Assembly (NCBI RefSeq): GCF_006345805.1
Contig: NC_043012.1
Span: 16,492,001 to 16,556,000 of the forward strand
DNA from: Octopus sinensis
Taxonomy: Eukaryota
Reading direction: 5' to 3'
DNA: 64,000 bases
Part shown: positions 12,169-27,000 of the stretch, in pieces
How the letters are laid out: each line of letters starts with the position of its first letter
How positions within the stretch are numbered: position 1 is the first letter of the stretch
The notes under the pieces: model-generated
Told to the model about the DNA's origin: nothing
The model's database searches: none
The model's input: the letters and a program-made list of their open reading frames with translations, nothing else
Position numbers and translations under genes: made by a program

Positions 12169-14042
12169 CTAGCAGTAAAACCCGTTGTTAATCAGGTAAT
12201 TACTTTTACTGTTGATCGGGAGCCACATTGAATGTATTATTATATGTATAGTTTACTCCTCCTGTATATGTATGTATTTTTAGAAGAGAAAACCATGTAA
12301 TAATTGAAGTAGAAAGATCAATATCATACATGAATTTGTGTTTGTTTATAATATGACAATAATAAGTGAGTTGTGTGTGTTATTTTATTTATCTATACAG
12401 TAATGGCAATAATATAATATTTTTATAAGAGAAAAACATGTAATAAATGGAAGTAGTAAAAAGATCATTTTTATACATGAAGTTGTTTGTTTATTACATG
12501 AAAATAGTTCAGCAGATTGATCTCTTGACAGCCTTGATCTCATATTTGTCGAAAGTTGAAGTGTTTTCAGATGGTGCCATAATACAGAATACTTCATTGA
12601 AGCATTGAGTTCATCCACTTTTGTTCCGCTTGGAACAACTGGTAAAGTTTGTTGGAAGTCTCCTGACAATAATAGTGTGACATTTCACAGCATGGAATTA
12701 TAATTTCTAATGTCCCGTAATGTTCTGACAACAGCTTCAAAAGTGATTTTGTGAGCCATGGTACATTCGTCTCAGACAATTAAGTGACATCATTGTATTA
12801 GCTCACCCATTTTAGAATTTTTAGATATATTATAAACAGGATCTTTTTCGTTAGATAAAGCTCAAGATGACTTGAATGTTGGACAGGCAGTCCGACCTTC
12901 GAATATAATGTTGTTGCAATCCCAGAAGTAGCAGTAGCTAAAGCTATTTTATTTCCTTGACGGACTTTAGCCAGGAGGAGTTTAATTACAAATGTTTTCC
13001 CAGTACCTTCTGCAGCCTCTAAGAAATAAAGTCCTCCTGTGTTATTGTTAATACTTTCTATGACCGTGGATTATACTCGACGTTGATCAGATGGAAGCTT
13101 GGGAAGATTATCATTTATGTACATGGTCAGTTTATCCTTATCATAGGAAATTTCTCTCATTATTTCAGTGGACAGAGTGTTAAGATCCCTTCTATTAGTT
13201 AGTGGGAAACCTAAATTATCTATAGGTTCACCTCCCATCGAAATAATTTGATCTTCTATTTCAATCAAAGCCGTGAAACCAATATCTTGCTCAGGATTAC
13301 TCAACTGAAGTCTTCAGCAAGATCATTGCTGAACTTATTCCACAGTTGAACCGGATTACTTACTTCACAATTTTTGAGAATAATAGCAAAAATACATCTT
13401 AAAGTCTTGGGTATTTTTAATATTGAAGCTTCTTCTAATGTAGCTTGCCATTGCTGATCATTTCCAAGCAAACCTAACTTGAAACTCGCTCCTCGATATT
13501 TTCTGAAAATCTCACCATCAACTTGTTTCAAACTTTCCCATGAAGTTGGTCCTCTTTTTACCTGAAGGAACATTCTGAGATGAAAGCATTCATTTTGGTT
13601 AAGATGTACAGTATATAATCTACCGATTGTTGTTCCATACTTAATGATAGAATGACTTTGAACCTTTGTAGATATTTTGTGTCTGTTCCATATCACACTC
13701 CATGTGTGATAAGAAAGAGAGAGAGAGCAAGGGAGAAAGGAAAAGAGAGAGGGAAAGAAAGAAAGAAAATGAAAGATAGGGAAATAGACAGATAAAGAAG
13801 AACGAAAATCATAGAGATGGTGTCTGGTTTTAGTTTCACTTTGTGGAACAGACAAAAAGATAGAATCTCTTTGAGGTAGCATGGCAGAGAGACAGACGGA
13901 CAGACAGATAGACAGAGAATATAGATGGGGAGAGAGAAAACTGAGGAGATATAGAAAAAAAATCATAGAGAGATAGTGTCTAGTTTTAGTTTCACTTTGT
14001 GGGACAAACAGACAGAATTTCTTTTATATATATATATATAGA
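12169..14042 (-). mobile_element. Helitron, internally deleted, with Rep/PIF1-helicase pseudogene (~12490-13700)
   Basis: Minus strand 5' TCTATATATATATA...AAAAG; 3' hairpin ACCTG..CGGGT followed by CTAG|T; peptides IGRLYTV, RGPTSWESL, FLEAAEGTGKTF (Walker A), GDFQQTLPVV, LSTNMR. Confidence 0.85.
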
Positions 14043-14128
14043 TAGATAGATAGAGAGATAGATAGATAGATAAAAGAGAAAGAGAGAGAGAGAGAGAAAG
14101 AGAAAGAGAGTGTGTGTATGTGTGTGTA

Positions 14129-14160
<32 letters not shown>

Positions 14161-14496
14161 TGTGTACATATGTTCCTTATGCATTCCTTATGCCGATTTT
14201 GGCGTATGGGGTATCGAAACATTCAGCAATCTTTCGGCTACCAAATAGACTTTATTTACATATACATATTTATATCTCAACAATCAGCTATAGCTATTTG
14301 AAAGACACTGCTCTGCATCGACCAGTTTCATTAGAAAGTGAAAATAGTTTCACACTTTCAGTTTGAACCATAACTACGATAGTGACGATGTGTGAATAGT
14401 GAAAGTAACGTTTCTCCGAATTAATCGCATCTGTACTATGTCAGAGAAAGCTGCTTAGCATATATATATATATGTAAGAGTGAGTTTGTGCGTCAC

Positions 14497-14542
<46 letters not shown>

Positions 14543-14633
14543 CCCTCTCGGGCACACGCGAACATACATACAAAAATGGTGTATGCATATGTATTTATGT
14601 ACGTGTATATGAAAGATAATATGTGTGTGTCAC

Positions 14634-15076
14634 GGATCTTTTCGGTTTGAACGGTAGTTTTTAACATAATTTCTAGGTAACTAAAAAATTTTAAACCTCG
14701 TATACTGGTAGAATGTGTTTATAAAACATCATTTTCTCTTGGCTTTCTTGAGAAAATTCTGTAGTTTGTAACATATTTCGTCTTTAATTTCTTGCATTTC
14801 AGCAATTTTAACCAATCACTGGCGTCTATTGTGTTAAAAAGCATTCTGTGCCGTATGAATATGTCCCTCGTTTAAGAAACACATTGGGTTTATTTACATC
14901 TGTGAAGAAAAAAAGATACCCTTCCCCCACCCTTAATCCTAACCCTAACCCTAACTCTAACTAACTCTAAATCTAAAATAAATTGAAATGCAATAGATCG
15001 ATTCTAGGGTCTTAATTATGGGTGACAATTTCATATGACACGCTAGAAAAAACTGCTGTTTAAACCGAAAAGATCC
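14634..15076. mobile_element. MITE with GG termini and 8-bp TSD (Merlin-like), internal CCCTAA repeats
   Basis: TIR GGATCTTTTCGGTTTGAAC / GTTTAAACCGAAAAGATCC; flanks TGTGTCAC / TGTGCCAC. Confidence 0.75.
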
Positions 15077-15130
15077 TGTGCCACTTACACATACATGCAA
15101 AAAAACATACATGACAACAGACACCTTCAC

Positions 15131-15170
<40 letters not shown>

Positions 15171-15429
15171 GCGCACACACGTCCACTCCATATACATGTA
15201 CATACATCTTTCACTTTCTCCTCTCACTTCAAAGCAAATGTCGTCTTTTCCCTTTCTCTTCTCTTTCAATTTCTGCTCTCATCAGAGCATAAAATTTTTT
15301 TTTTTCAATTTACGGATATTAACGAGCAATCATATGACCCCATATGATCAAGATGTCAATTTTGTTGCCTCAAACGAAAGACTGCCATAAAATAACTTCC
15401 TTTAATATACACACGCACGCACACGCACA

Positions 15430-15470
<41 letters not shown>

Positions 15471-15504
15471 CGCACACACACACACACACACACACGCACA
15501 CACA

Positions 15505-16690
15505 CACTTCAGCACAAATTATGTTATTTTTTGGCAGTGTGCACGCGCAAAATTACAGCTCAAATCTAACTGAAATGACCTTTTTCCATTCTGCAATTTG
15601 TGTTTGTGATGAGCGTATTTAAAAACCTGATCCTCGTTATAAACTTAAAAGGAAGTTTTCCCAGAAACCCTGTCCTTGTTTCTAGCATATCCAAGGTGAC
15701 ATTTGTGCCCCCCTCCCCCTCCCCACCACCACCACCGTAATTTTTTCCTAAATTTCTTCCGATTCTTGATTTTGATACAGGTGATTAGGATTTCACAAAA
15801 AAAAACATGTTCTTAATATTTTAATTTTCTCCATCCCCACCCCAGTTTCTTAATTTTTCTTTTCTTACTTTTTTCAAAATTTTTTTCTTGGTAAGCCACA
15901 GAGAAAAAAAAAACAGAAAGTACAAATCTTTGAGAATCTTCGTTTTTTTTTTTTCCTTAAAGAAACACTAAAATCGCTTTCCCAAACATCCACCCATCAC
16001 TTCACCATTTCCAAAAAGCTATAAACTCCCAATATTTCACTTTTAGCATTTTAAAAAGCGGGGAAAGTTTCTTCAGAAATAATGTCGTTTGCCTGTTGTT
16101 TCTAGCATGTTGGGTTTTCTGGTGGTATTTTGGTATTTTTTTTATGTCTGTTATTTCAGTACAATTCTATACTTGCATGAAACATCAGTCAAAAGTGAAA
16201 CATTGGAAGGTTTTAGCTTTTTGAAGGTAGGTAGGTGATGGGTAGGCAAGGTGGAGGAAAAGGTATTGAGTGTTTCTTTAAGAAAAATTAAACTTTAAAT
16301 TTAAAAAAATACATATCCCAGATTTGTAATCTCTGTAATTTTCTACGGGGGTTAAAAAAAATTTCGAAAAAGTTACAAATTAAGAAATTGTTGTGGGGAC
16401 AGGGAGAAATAAAAATTTTGAAAATGTGATTTCTGGGCAAAATCGTATTAACCCCCTTTTATACAATGAAACTATATGTAGTTTGTGCTCCTTCTTAAGG
16501 AAAGAAAGTATTTTCATGTAAACCCATGCCAATTGTACTCTCCCCTCCTTCACAAACAATAATTTCAATTATGCCAGTAATCCAGTTTACTATTTATCAG
16601 TTGTGCTGATTCAATCAATAAGAAAGGAATAAATAATACAATGTGGCTATAGGTCATAACATCCGGGCAACGCTGGGATGCAATGCTACT
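15505..16690 (+). mobile_element. Probable non-autonomous Helitron-like element
   Basis: Ends in hairpin CATCCGGGC-AAC-GCTGGGATG plus CAATGCTACT (CTAG-like); 5' end obscured by (CA)n. Confidence 0.4.
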
Positions 16691-16793
16691 GTGTGTGTGT
16701 ATAAACGTGCATTTATATATATATATATATATATATTAGAAGTATTGGGGTGATGTACAGATTTAATACATATGAAAGAAATGAACGCCTTTT

Positions 16794-16841
<48 letters not shown>

Positions 16842-17605
16842 GCATATATACATAGGTATATTTACATACTTACATCTCTCTCGATATATATATATGTGTG
16901 TGTGTGTGTGTGCATATGGGGGCACAGGATGTCACAAAACGTGTACAACAAAAAAATATGAAGCACGAGTACATGGAACATGATCTATACTTTCGAACAA
17001 CGAAAGACACAAATAGAAAGCAAAACAAACATGAAGAACGACCCTTCATCAGTTGTTGGCTATTTTTCTAGTCTCATATTTCGAGCATTTAACAACAATA
17101 TAGACTTTTGATAAAACAGTTGCCCCCACAAAAAAATTAAATAAAATTTGGGATTTTGCGGAGGGTCAAAATTGATAACACAAACTGGACAGCGAAAACA
17201 AACAGGAAGGTCTGCTAAGCCTAAACGAGGTTGTGGTGGTGAATGTGTAAATCAAGCTCGGACAGGAGACAGATAAGAACACGTCTTTTTTGTTCCAGCT
17301 ACAACAGAGAGAAAGAAAGAAAGATGGCCGATGGTCACGTGGGAGCTACGTGAGCAAGGGAGGAGGAATGAGGGAGAGAGAGAGTGACAGAGTAATAGGA
17401 TAGAATAGTGGGAGACGAGGAGGTAAAAGAATAAGAGAAAAATAGAAGGAAAACGAAAGAGTAAAAATATCGCATAGAGTGCACATCAGAATTATTAAGA
17501 TAAAACTTACTTTGAAGAGGATGCGTGGTGTTCAATCATATAGTAATAAATTATATATATATATATATTATATATATATATGCATATATACACACGTATA
17601 TGTAC

Positions 17606-17640
<35 letters not shown>

Positions 17641-18059
17641 TCCAGGCATGGTTGTGTTGTAAGAAGTTTGCTTCCTAATCACATGGTTCTGGGATCAGTT
17701 CCACCATGTGGCACCGTGGGCAAGTGTCTTCTAGCATAGCCTCGGGCTGACCAAACCCTTGTGAATAGATTTGGTAGACGGAAACTGAAACAAGCCCATT
17801 GTATATATATATATATATATATAAATATGTATGTATTTATATGTGGGGGGGCTGTGTTTGTCCCCCACTACCACTTGGCAACCGATGTTGGTGTGTTTAT
17901 GTCCCTGTCATTTAGTAGTTTGGCAAACGAGGCTGATAGAATAAGTACTAGGCTTACAAAGAATAAGTCCTGGGGTCGATTTGCTGGACAAAAGGCGATG
18001 CCCCAGCATGGGCGCAGTCAAATGACTGAAACAAGTAAAAGAGTAAAAGAGTATATATA

Positions 18060-18105
<46 letters not shown>

Positions 18106-18134
18106 GTAGTGTGTTGTGAGTATGTGTGTGTGTG

Positions 18135-18826
18135 CAGTGGTGGCTCATGTATAGAAACTGCAGAACTGCAACACCCCTTATTTCCACTCGATATTACCGA
18201 TAACATTCAATATAATGAGTCCTATTTTTTCTTTAATTCTTTCTTTTTACTTGTACAATATATAATCCTTAAGCTTAACTTCAGTAGCCATTCCCTAGTT
18301 TATGAAAAAAATACAAAAATCCTTGTATAGAACTGTGCACTTCACAGTTCTATCGACGCGCTGTTTGGCTGTTGTGCATATGCCCACCTCTCCAAGATAG
18401 GAAGCTTCACACTAGGGAGAGAGAGCACTGCATGAATGACAGGTAGAAGGTAGTATGTTTTTTGACTCCATATGTGTTGTGCTTAAAAACATGTTTATAT
18501 TCTTGGATGTAATAAAGTGTAGAATTAGATTATTATCCTGCTTCCAGCTTCAGTGTTGCTGCCAGGATTTGAAAAATAGGGCAGATTTCCTCCGCCCCTT
18601 ATTTTGTGATTTAGGGGGTATTTTTGAATTACAAAGGGCAATTCGCAGCGGTGTTCAATGAACAAATTAAACATACTACCTGGCAGTGGCAAAAGCAACA
18701 AACCGATCAAGTTTACGTATAAATATTCTTTTTATATGTTTGTTTCCTTTTTACACAATATCAAAACAATGGCCAAAAATTTTCTGAAGCAGCACCACGA
18801 CTAATTTCATCTACGAGCTGCCACTG
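18135..18826. mobile_element. hAT-like MITE in (TG)n
   Basis: Imperfect TIRs CAGTGGTGGCTCATGTA / TACGAGCTGCCACTG; (TG)4 on both sides. Confidence 0.6.
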
Positions 18827-19094
18827 TGTGTGTGTATGATGAAATCTTTTCTCTGAATTTCCCAGAATATTTTAGAAGGCATAGAATGAAAGACAACAAA
18901 AATAACACAGTTGTAACACATAGTAAATAATTATTTGAAGAATTGGTGCAAAAGTATACAACAACAACCAGTCAAACCAAATAAGCTTCATTCCATAACA
19001 AAAGTTTTATTCAAATCTGCAACTGTTTTATTGGAATATATAAAATTCCTGTTATTATTGAGGCTATTCTGTTTGTCATTGACCGACATGTTTG

Positions 19095-19154
<60 letters not shown>

Positions 19155-19162
19155 ATTATCTA

Positions 19163-19195
<33 letters not shown>

Positions 19196-19225
19196 ATCTA
19201 TCTATCTATCTGTCTATCTAACTAA

Positions 19226-19263
<38 letters not shown>

Positions 19264-19417
19264 GTCTGTTTGTCTGTCTGTCTGTCTATTTATCTATGTC
19301 TATCTGTGTCTATCTGTCTGTCTGTCTATCCGTCTGTCTGTCTATCTATTTATTTATCTATCTGCATGTCTGTCTGTCTGTCTTTCTGTCAGTCTAGCTC
19401 TCTGTCTATCTATCTAC

Positions 19418-19452
<35 letters not shown>

Positions 19453-19465
19453 CCTACCTACCTAC

Positions 19466-19500
<35 letters not shown>

Positions 19501-19513
19501 CCTACCTACCTAC

Positions 19514-19570
<57 letters not shown>

Positions 19571-21893
19571 CATCTACCACTCATTCAATCTATCTGTCCA
19601 CCCATCTGTCTATCTAGCTAGCTATCTAATTACCTATCTATCTCTCCATCTATTTTCCAAACCATCTGTCCATGTATTGAGTGCTTTTACTTTTCACCAG
19701 CACGGGTGCCGTTTGTGTGACACTGGGGTGCTTCTACGTGCCACCAGCAAGGGTGTCAATTTGTGTGACATGGGTATCTGCCATGACTGTGATTTTGCTT
19801 GGCTTGATGGGTCTTATTCTGAAGAAATGACATAATGCCAAAAGACTCAGTCATTGCCTCCAGGAGGCCCAACACTCGAAAGGAACTCAGCCACTTTACC
19901 TCTGTGAGGCCCAATATGCTCATAAATACACAACAGGTTCCTTTGTCAGTTTATAATTATCAAATTCCTTGCAAAGTTTTTGTTTGGATGGTGGTTCTTG
20001 TAAATGGCACTGGTCCAAGGTGCCAGACAGTGCAACTGAACCTGAGACCACAAAGTTGCAAAGCAAGCATAACCGGACTGCAATGATGGCAGTTTCTTTG
20101 AGTCTAAAGATGACAAGGAAGTGCTACATTTCCTCAGGTGACTTTGTAAACCAGCCTCTGATGTTGAAGGGCTTTTCTTTCTGCCTGGCCTTATTGATTC
20201 TATAATGAAAGTCGGTCTGAACAATCTGATTCCAGTCTTTAAGGATGGAGGTCTCAGTAGAATGGCTTGGTGAACTAAGATAGCTGCAGTGACCACCACA
20301 CCAAGTTTTACATTGGTGTGGCTTATTCCTAGCTGAGCTGCTTAACAGGGTTGGAGAGTGCCACCTACCCTGGAGTTGCCAGAAGAGTGGAAATGAGAGC
20401 ACAGGACTTCCTGAGGGGCTCCACTCCTTGATTTGTTCTCAATGTTGACATGCCTAGCCTTTTCCTTTCTCATTTCACTTAGAAGGCAGTAAGGATACAT
20501 CACCATCATCATCATCATCATCACCAACATCATTACCATCACCCTCCTCCTCCTCCTCCTCATCATCATCATCATCACCAACATCATTACCATCACCCTC
20601 CTCCTCCTCCTCTCCTCCTCCTCATCATCATCATCACCAAAATCATTACCATCACCCTCCACCTCCTCCTCCTCATCATCATCATCAGCATCACCAACAT
20701 CATTATCATCACCCTCCTCCTCCTCCTCATCATCATCATTGTCATCACCATCCTCTTCATCACTTAGCACCCATTTCCCATGCTGCCATGGGTATGATGA
20801 TTTGACTGGCACGAGTAAGATGGAGAGCTGTATCAGGCTCCAGTCTGTTTCAGCTTGGTTTCTATGGCTGGATGCCCTTCCTCTCACGCCAACCACTCCA
20901 AGAGTGTCCTGGCTATCTTTTACGTGTCACCGTCATGGGTACCTTTTATATGTCACCACCAGCACAGGTTTTCTTTTATGTCACCACCAGCACAGGTACC
21001 TTTTACATGTCACCCGCTTTTACATGTCACTGTCATGAGTGCTTTTGATATGTCGCCATCGGCACAGGTGTTTTTTACATGTCACCAACACAGGTGCCTT
21101 TTACATGTCACCCACTTAAGCTTCTTTTACGTGTCACCGTTATGGTGCCTTTCACATATCATGAGCATGGACACCTTCCATGTGACCCCAGCACTAACCA
21201 TGACCTTGCTCCTAAATAGTATAATGCAAATAAGAGAAACAAATTACAGGTTCAATTTTTTTTACAAAGATAAAATAGCAGAAGCACCATAGTACAGTTT
21301 ATAACATGGTTACCTAGCAAGCAGTAAATATGTGGTTCAAATCCCACTGGAAGATCTCTTTCCTTTTTCTACCACAAATTGGGTTGATATCATCTCTAAA
21401 AGCTGAACATTTAATACTTGACATTTAGATAAAAGTCTTCTCAGAGATAATATTTCATAAGGAAAACAGGATTAGGATATTAACTTGTTAACCAGCAGGT
21501 CAACATAAAATGGCTGATAAAATTGACAGATTGGTCCTTGTTTAAATATGGAAACTTCTTCAAAGGCAAAATATCAAATTGTAATGTTTATGAATGAAGG
21601 GTGAGAAATTTTAAATGATTGTTCTATTTGCAATCACTTAAAATTTATCATGTATAAATAGATAGGTATGAATGTATGTATGTGTGTATGAATGTAGGTA
21701 TGTGTGTTGGGGTGCATGTATGTGTGTATGAATGTATGTATGTATGTGTGTGTGGGTATATCAGTGAATATGAAAATGTTTACATTTTGCTTGTTTGTAT
21801 GAAAGTATTTCACTGAAATGAAAAAAGGGTATGATTTGTGGGAAATTTGATTGCTAGAAATTGCAACCAAATCTCCCTCAAATCATACATTAA

Positions 21894-22353
21894 CACCTTT
21901 TGATACCAACCCAGCTGAAACCACCTCTGGCTCTGAGTACAAATGTCTTGTTTCCATAAGTTCTGAATTAAAATCTTTCTCCAAACCTTAGACACAATTT
22001 ACGTTTCTAACACTAGCTTAATGATAACCAACTTATTTTACTAAATTCTTTGTTATATTCAAAATTAACTGAAAGAAACAGAGCATCTCAAAATAATTTG
22101 GTAACAAAAGGGTTCACAAATTATTAATTTAACCCTTTCGATACCAACCCGGTTGAAACTGCTTCTGGCTCTGCAGTACAAATGTCTTGTTTTCATAAGT
22201 TTTAAATCAAAATCTTCCACCAAACCGTAATCACAATTTATGTTCCTAACACTAGCTTAATAATAACTAAGTTATTTTACTAAATTCTTTGTTATATTTA
22301 AGATTAATTGAAAGAAATGCAGAGCATCTCAACGGAAATATGTAACAAAAGGG
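21894..22353. mobile_element. Two tandem piggyBac-like MITEs (21894-22112, 22133-22353)
   Basis: Second copy TTAA|CCCTTT...AAAGGG|TTAA; same family partial at ~30560 and ~31140-31330; another TTAA-CCCTTT family at 28600-29352 and 56665-56884. Confidence 0.75.
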
Positions 22354-22479
22354 TTAATGTGTTAAATAAAGATAAACAGACACATTAGACAACCTAGCCA
22401 TTGGGGTTGTCATGGTTTGAATGCCTTTAATCATAAGTTTTTGGGATCAGATCTTATCTGGAGCTGAGTGACAACACCA

Positions 22480-25400
22480 ACAAGTGACATATGTTTAAAT
22501 AACTGGCACAGGAAGATGAATGACAAATTAAAACACTGGTAAGATTTGAAATCAGAACAGAGAAGAACTTCTCTCCCTATTGCCCAGGCAAGAAACATCA
22601 ATCACTTCAAGTGAATGGGAGAGCATCTACATAGCCATATAATTTGCTAATAATAGTTGCTGAATCACCTCCAAGTCATATCCTACCAACTTAGAAAAAG
22701 TAAAACATACTGGGTGATGTTAGCCTGGTTGCAGTATGACTGAAAATAATGTGGGATGGTCATAAATGGAAGTGAGCCCTTTGTCATAGCTCTGCCTGAT
22801 TATTGAATAATGTTATCCTGGTGTGCTATGGCTGAAATTAAGGTGAGATGGTCATAGCTCAGGTGACTTCAATGACTTTCGTGTGAAATCATTTTTAAAG
22901 CAACAAACTCTCTTTGTTTCGTTTTTGTATCTGGTTTGAAAGATTCTTCAAGTGTGGAGCAAATTATGTTGTGTCTAGGGAGGGTCAAATTGTCTTAGTG
23001 CCTTATAGCCTAACACACCATGCCTGTGGCACGCAAAGGGCACCATATAAGTATGGCCAATGCCAGCACCATCTGACTGGCCTCCATGCTGGTGGCACAT
23101 AAAAAGCACCGACTACACTCTCAGTGTGGTTGGCGTTAGGAAGGGCATCCAGTTGTAGAAACCTTGCCAGATCAGATTAGAGCCTGATGCAGCCTCCCTG
23201 TTTGCCAGTCCTCAGTCAAACTGTCCAACCCATGTCAGCATGGGAAGCAGATGTTAAACAATGATGATGATGAGGAGGAGGAGGATGGTGGTGGTGGTGA
23301 TGATGATGGTGGTGGTGGTGGTGGCGGTGGTGGCGGTGGTGGTTGTGGTGGTGGTGGTGATGATGATGATGATGATGACGACGATGACGACGACGACGAC
23401 GACGACGACGATGATGAAGATGATGACACTCACCAGTTTGATTTCCACTCATATATTTTTTATATTTTTTCTTCCAGCAGCACCGAAAATTTTGGAAGAA
23501 AAAGGAAAAATAGAAAAAATAAATGAGTGGAAATCAAACCAGTGTGTGTGTTAGATAATAAGGCATTAAGACAACTTAAAATGGATGCTTTTATTTCTTT
23601 TATTTTTTACTCATTTCAGTGATTGGACTGTGGTCATACTGGGGTACCAACTTGAAAGGTTTTAGTCAAAGAAATCAACCCCAGCACTTGGATTTTTTTA
23701 AAAGTTTGTTACATATTTTATCAGTCTTTTTTGTTGAACTACTAAGTTACAGAAAGGTTAACAAACTGACACTGGTTGTCAAATAGTGGTGGGTGGAGAC
23801 AAACACAGACAAAAAAGACACATACACAGACAAATACACACGCATACACACACACATACAAATACACGCACACACACACACATGTACACACACACGTACA
23901 CATACATGCACACACACATGTACACACACACACGTACACACACACGTACACACACACGTACACACACATACACAAACACAAACACACACACGTACAAGTG
24001 ACATATGTTTAAATAATTGGCACAGGAAGATGAATGACAAATTAAAACACTGGTAAGATTTGAAATCAGAACACGGAAGAACTTCTCTCCCTATTGCCCA
24101 GGCAAGAAACATCAATCACTTCAAGTGAATGGGAGAGCATCTACATAGCCATATAATTTGCTAATAATAGTTGCTGAATCACCTCCAAGTCATATCCTAC
24201 CAACTTAGAAAAAGTAAAACATACTGGGTGATGTTAGCCTGGTTGCAGTATGACTGAAAATAATGTGGGATGGTCATAAATGGAAGTGAGCCCTTTGTCA
24301 TAGCTCTGCCTGATTATTGAATAATGTTATCCTGGTGTGCTATGGCTGAAATTAAGGTGAGATGGTCATGAATGGAACTATGTCATTGATCATAGCTCAG
24401 GTGACTTCAATGACTTAGGTGTGAAATCATTTTTAAAGCAACGAACTCTCTTTGTTTCGTTTTTGTATCTGGTTTGAAAGATTCTTCAAGTGTTGAAGCA
24501 AATTATGTTGTGTCTAGGGAGGGTCAAATTGTCTTAGTGCCTTATAGCCTAACACACCATGCCGGTGGCACCATATAAAGGGCACCATATAAGTATGGCC
24601 AATGCCAATGCTATCTGTCTGGCCCCCATGCTGGTAGCACATAAAAAGCATCAACTACACTCTCGGAGTGGTTGGCATTAGGAAGGGCGTTCATCTGTAG
24701 AAACCTTGCCAGATCAGACTGGAGCCTGATGCATCCTCCTTGTTTGCCAGTCCAGTCAAACTGTCTGACCCATGCCAGCATGGGAAGCAGATGTTAAATA
24801 ATGATGATGATGATGATGAGGAGGAGGAGGAGGAGGAGGGTGGTAGTGGTGGTGGTGGTGGTGGTGGTGATGATGACGATGACGATGACGACGACAGTGA
24901 TGATGAAGATGATGACACTCACCGGTTTGATTTCCACTCATATATCTTTTATATTTTTTCTTCCAGCAGCACCGAAAATTTTGGAAGGAAAAGGAAAAAT
25001 AGAAAGAATAAATGAGTGGAAATCAAATCAGTGTGTGTGTTAGATAATAAGGCATTAAGACAACTTAAAATGGATGCTTTTATTTCTTTTATTTTTTACT
25101 CATTTCAGTGATTGGACTGTGGTCATACTGGGGTACCAACTTGAAAGGTTTTAGTAAAAGAAATCAACCCCAGCACTTGGATTTTTTTTAAAGTTTGTTA
25201 CATATTTTATCAGTTTTTTTTGTTGAACTACTAAGTTACAGAAAGGTTAAACTGACACTAGTTGTCAAATAGTGGTGGGTGGAGACAAACACAGACAAAT
25301 ACACACGCATACACACACACATACAAATACACGCACACACACACACATGTACACACACATGTACACATACATGCACACACACATGTACACACACACACGT

Positions 25401-26960
25401 ACACACACACGTACACACACATACACAAACACAAACACACACACGTACAAGTGACATATGTTTAAATAATTGGCACAGGAAGATGAATGACAAATTAAAA
25501 CACTGGTAAGATTTGAAAGCAGAACACGGAAGAACTTCTCTCCCTATTGTCCAGGCAAGAAACATCAATCACTTCAAGTGAATGGGAGAGCATCTACATA
25601 GCCATATAATTTGCTAATAATAGTTGCTGAATCACCTCCAAGTCATATCCTACCAACTTAGAAAAAGTAAAACATACTGGGTGATGTTAGCCTGGTTGCA
25701 GTATGACTGAAAATAATGTGGGATTGTCATAAATGGAAGTGAGCCCTTTGTCATAGCTCTGCCTGATTATTGAATAATGTCATCCTGGTGTGCTATGGCT
25801 GAAATTAAGGTGAGATGGTCATGAATGGAACTATGTCATTGATCATAGCTCAGGTGACTTCAATGACTTTCGTGTGAAATCATTTTTAAAGCAACGAACT
25901 CTCTTTGTTTCGTTTTTGTATCTGGTTTGAAAGATTCTTCAAGTGTTGAAGCAAATTATGTTGTGTCTAGGGAGGGTCAAATTGTCTTAGTGCCTTATAG
26001 CCTAACACACCGTGCCGGTGGCACCATATAAAGGGCACCATATAAGTATGGCCAATGCCAATGCTATCTGTCTGGCCCCCATGCTGGTAGCACATAAAAA
26101 GCATCAACTACACTCTCGGAGTGGTTGGCATTAGGAAGGGCGTTCATCTGTAGAAACCTTGCCAGATCAGACTGGAGCCTGATGCATCCTCCTTGTTTGC
26201 CAGTGCAGTCAAACTGTCTGACCCATGCCAGCATGGGAAGCAGATATTAAATAATGATGATGATGATGAGGAGGAGGAGGAGGAGGAGGGTGGTGGTGGT
26301 GGTGGTGGTGGTGGTGGTGGTGGTGGTGATGACGATGACGATGACGACGACAGTGATGATGAAGATGATGACACTCACTGGTTTGATTTCCACTCATATA
26401 TCTTTTATATTTTTTCTTCCAGCAGCACCGAAAATTTTGGAAGGAAAAGGAAAAATAGAAAGAATAAATGAGTGGAAATCAAATCAGTGTGTGTGTTAGA
26501 TAATAAGGCATTAAGACAACTTAAAATGGATGCTTTTATTTCTTTTATTTTTTACTCATTTCAGTGATTGGACTGTGGTCATACTGGGGTACCAACTTGA
26601 AAGGTTTTAGTCAAAGAAATCAACCCCAGCACTTGAATTTTTAAAAAAGTTTGTTACTTATTTTATCAGTCTTTTTTGTTGAACTACTAAGTTACAGAAA
26701 GGTTAACAAACTGACACTGGTTGTCAAATAGTGGTGGGTGGAGACAAGCACAGACAAAAAAGACACATACACAGACAAATACACATGCACACACACACGT
26801 ACAAATACACTCACACACACACGTACACACACACGTACACACACACGTACACACACACGTACACACACACGTACACACACACGTACACACACACGTACAC
26901 AAACACAGACACGTACACACACACAAACACACACATGTACACACACACACATACACACGT

Positions 26961-26991
<31 letters not shown>

Positions 26992-27000
26992 CACACACAC
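22480..27000. repeat. Tandem triplication of a ~1.45-1.52 kb unit
   Basis: Units start ACAAGTGACATATGTTTAAATAA at 22480, 23994 and 25447; each contains SINE fragments plus GAT/GAG/GGT and CA-type repeats. Confidence 0.95.

Noticed and set aside
14931-14960. True telomere or fusion site
   Set aside because: Only a few degenerate units, enclosed within a MITE.
15265-15292. CTGATGA-GAGCA-GAAA on the minus strand
   Set aside because: No stem II, stem III or stem I pairing.
16990-17130. GAAA and CTGATGA motifs (similar cases at ~2425-2477 and ~51340-51375, minus strand)
   Set aside because: The order and pairing do not give a convincing hammerhead; at most degenerate remnants.
20090-20480. Complex segment as a host exon (similar segments at ~46300-46980 and ~52600-52920)
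   Set aside because: Stops and frameshifts are present; AGLQSHLRKC resembles an RTE LINE C-terminus, so these are probably decayed LINEs, but too weak to annotate.
23216-26499. Poly-Asp/Glu/Gly, poly-His and poly-Ser/Pro ORFs repeated three times
   Set aside because: Trinucleotide expansions from a family D tail inside the tandem unit; no splice or codon evidence.
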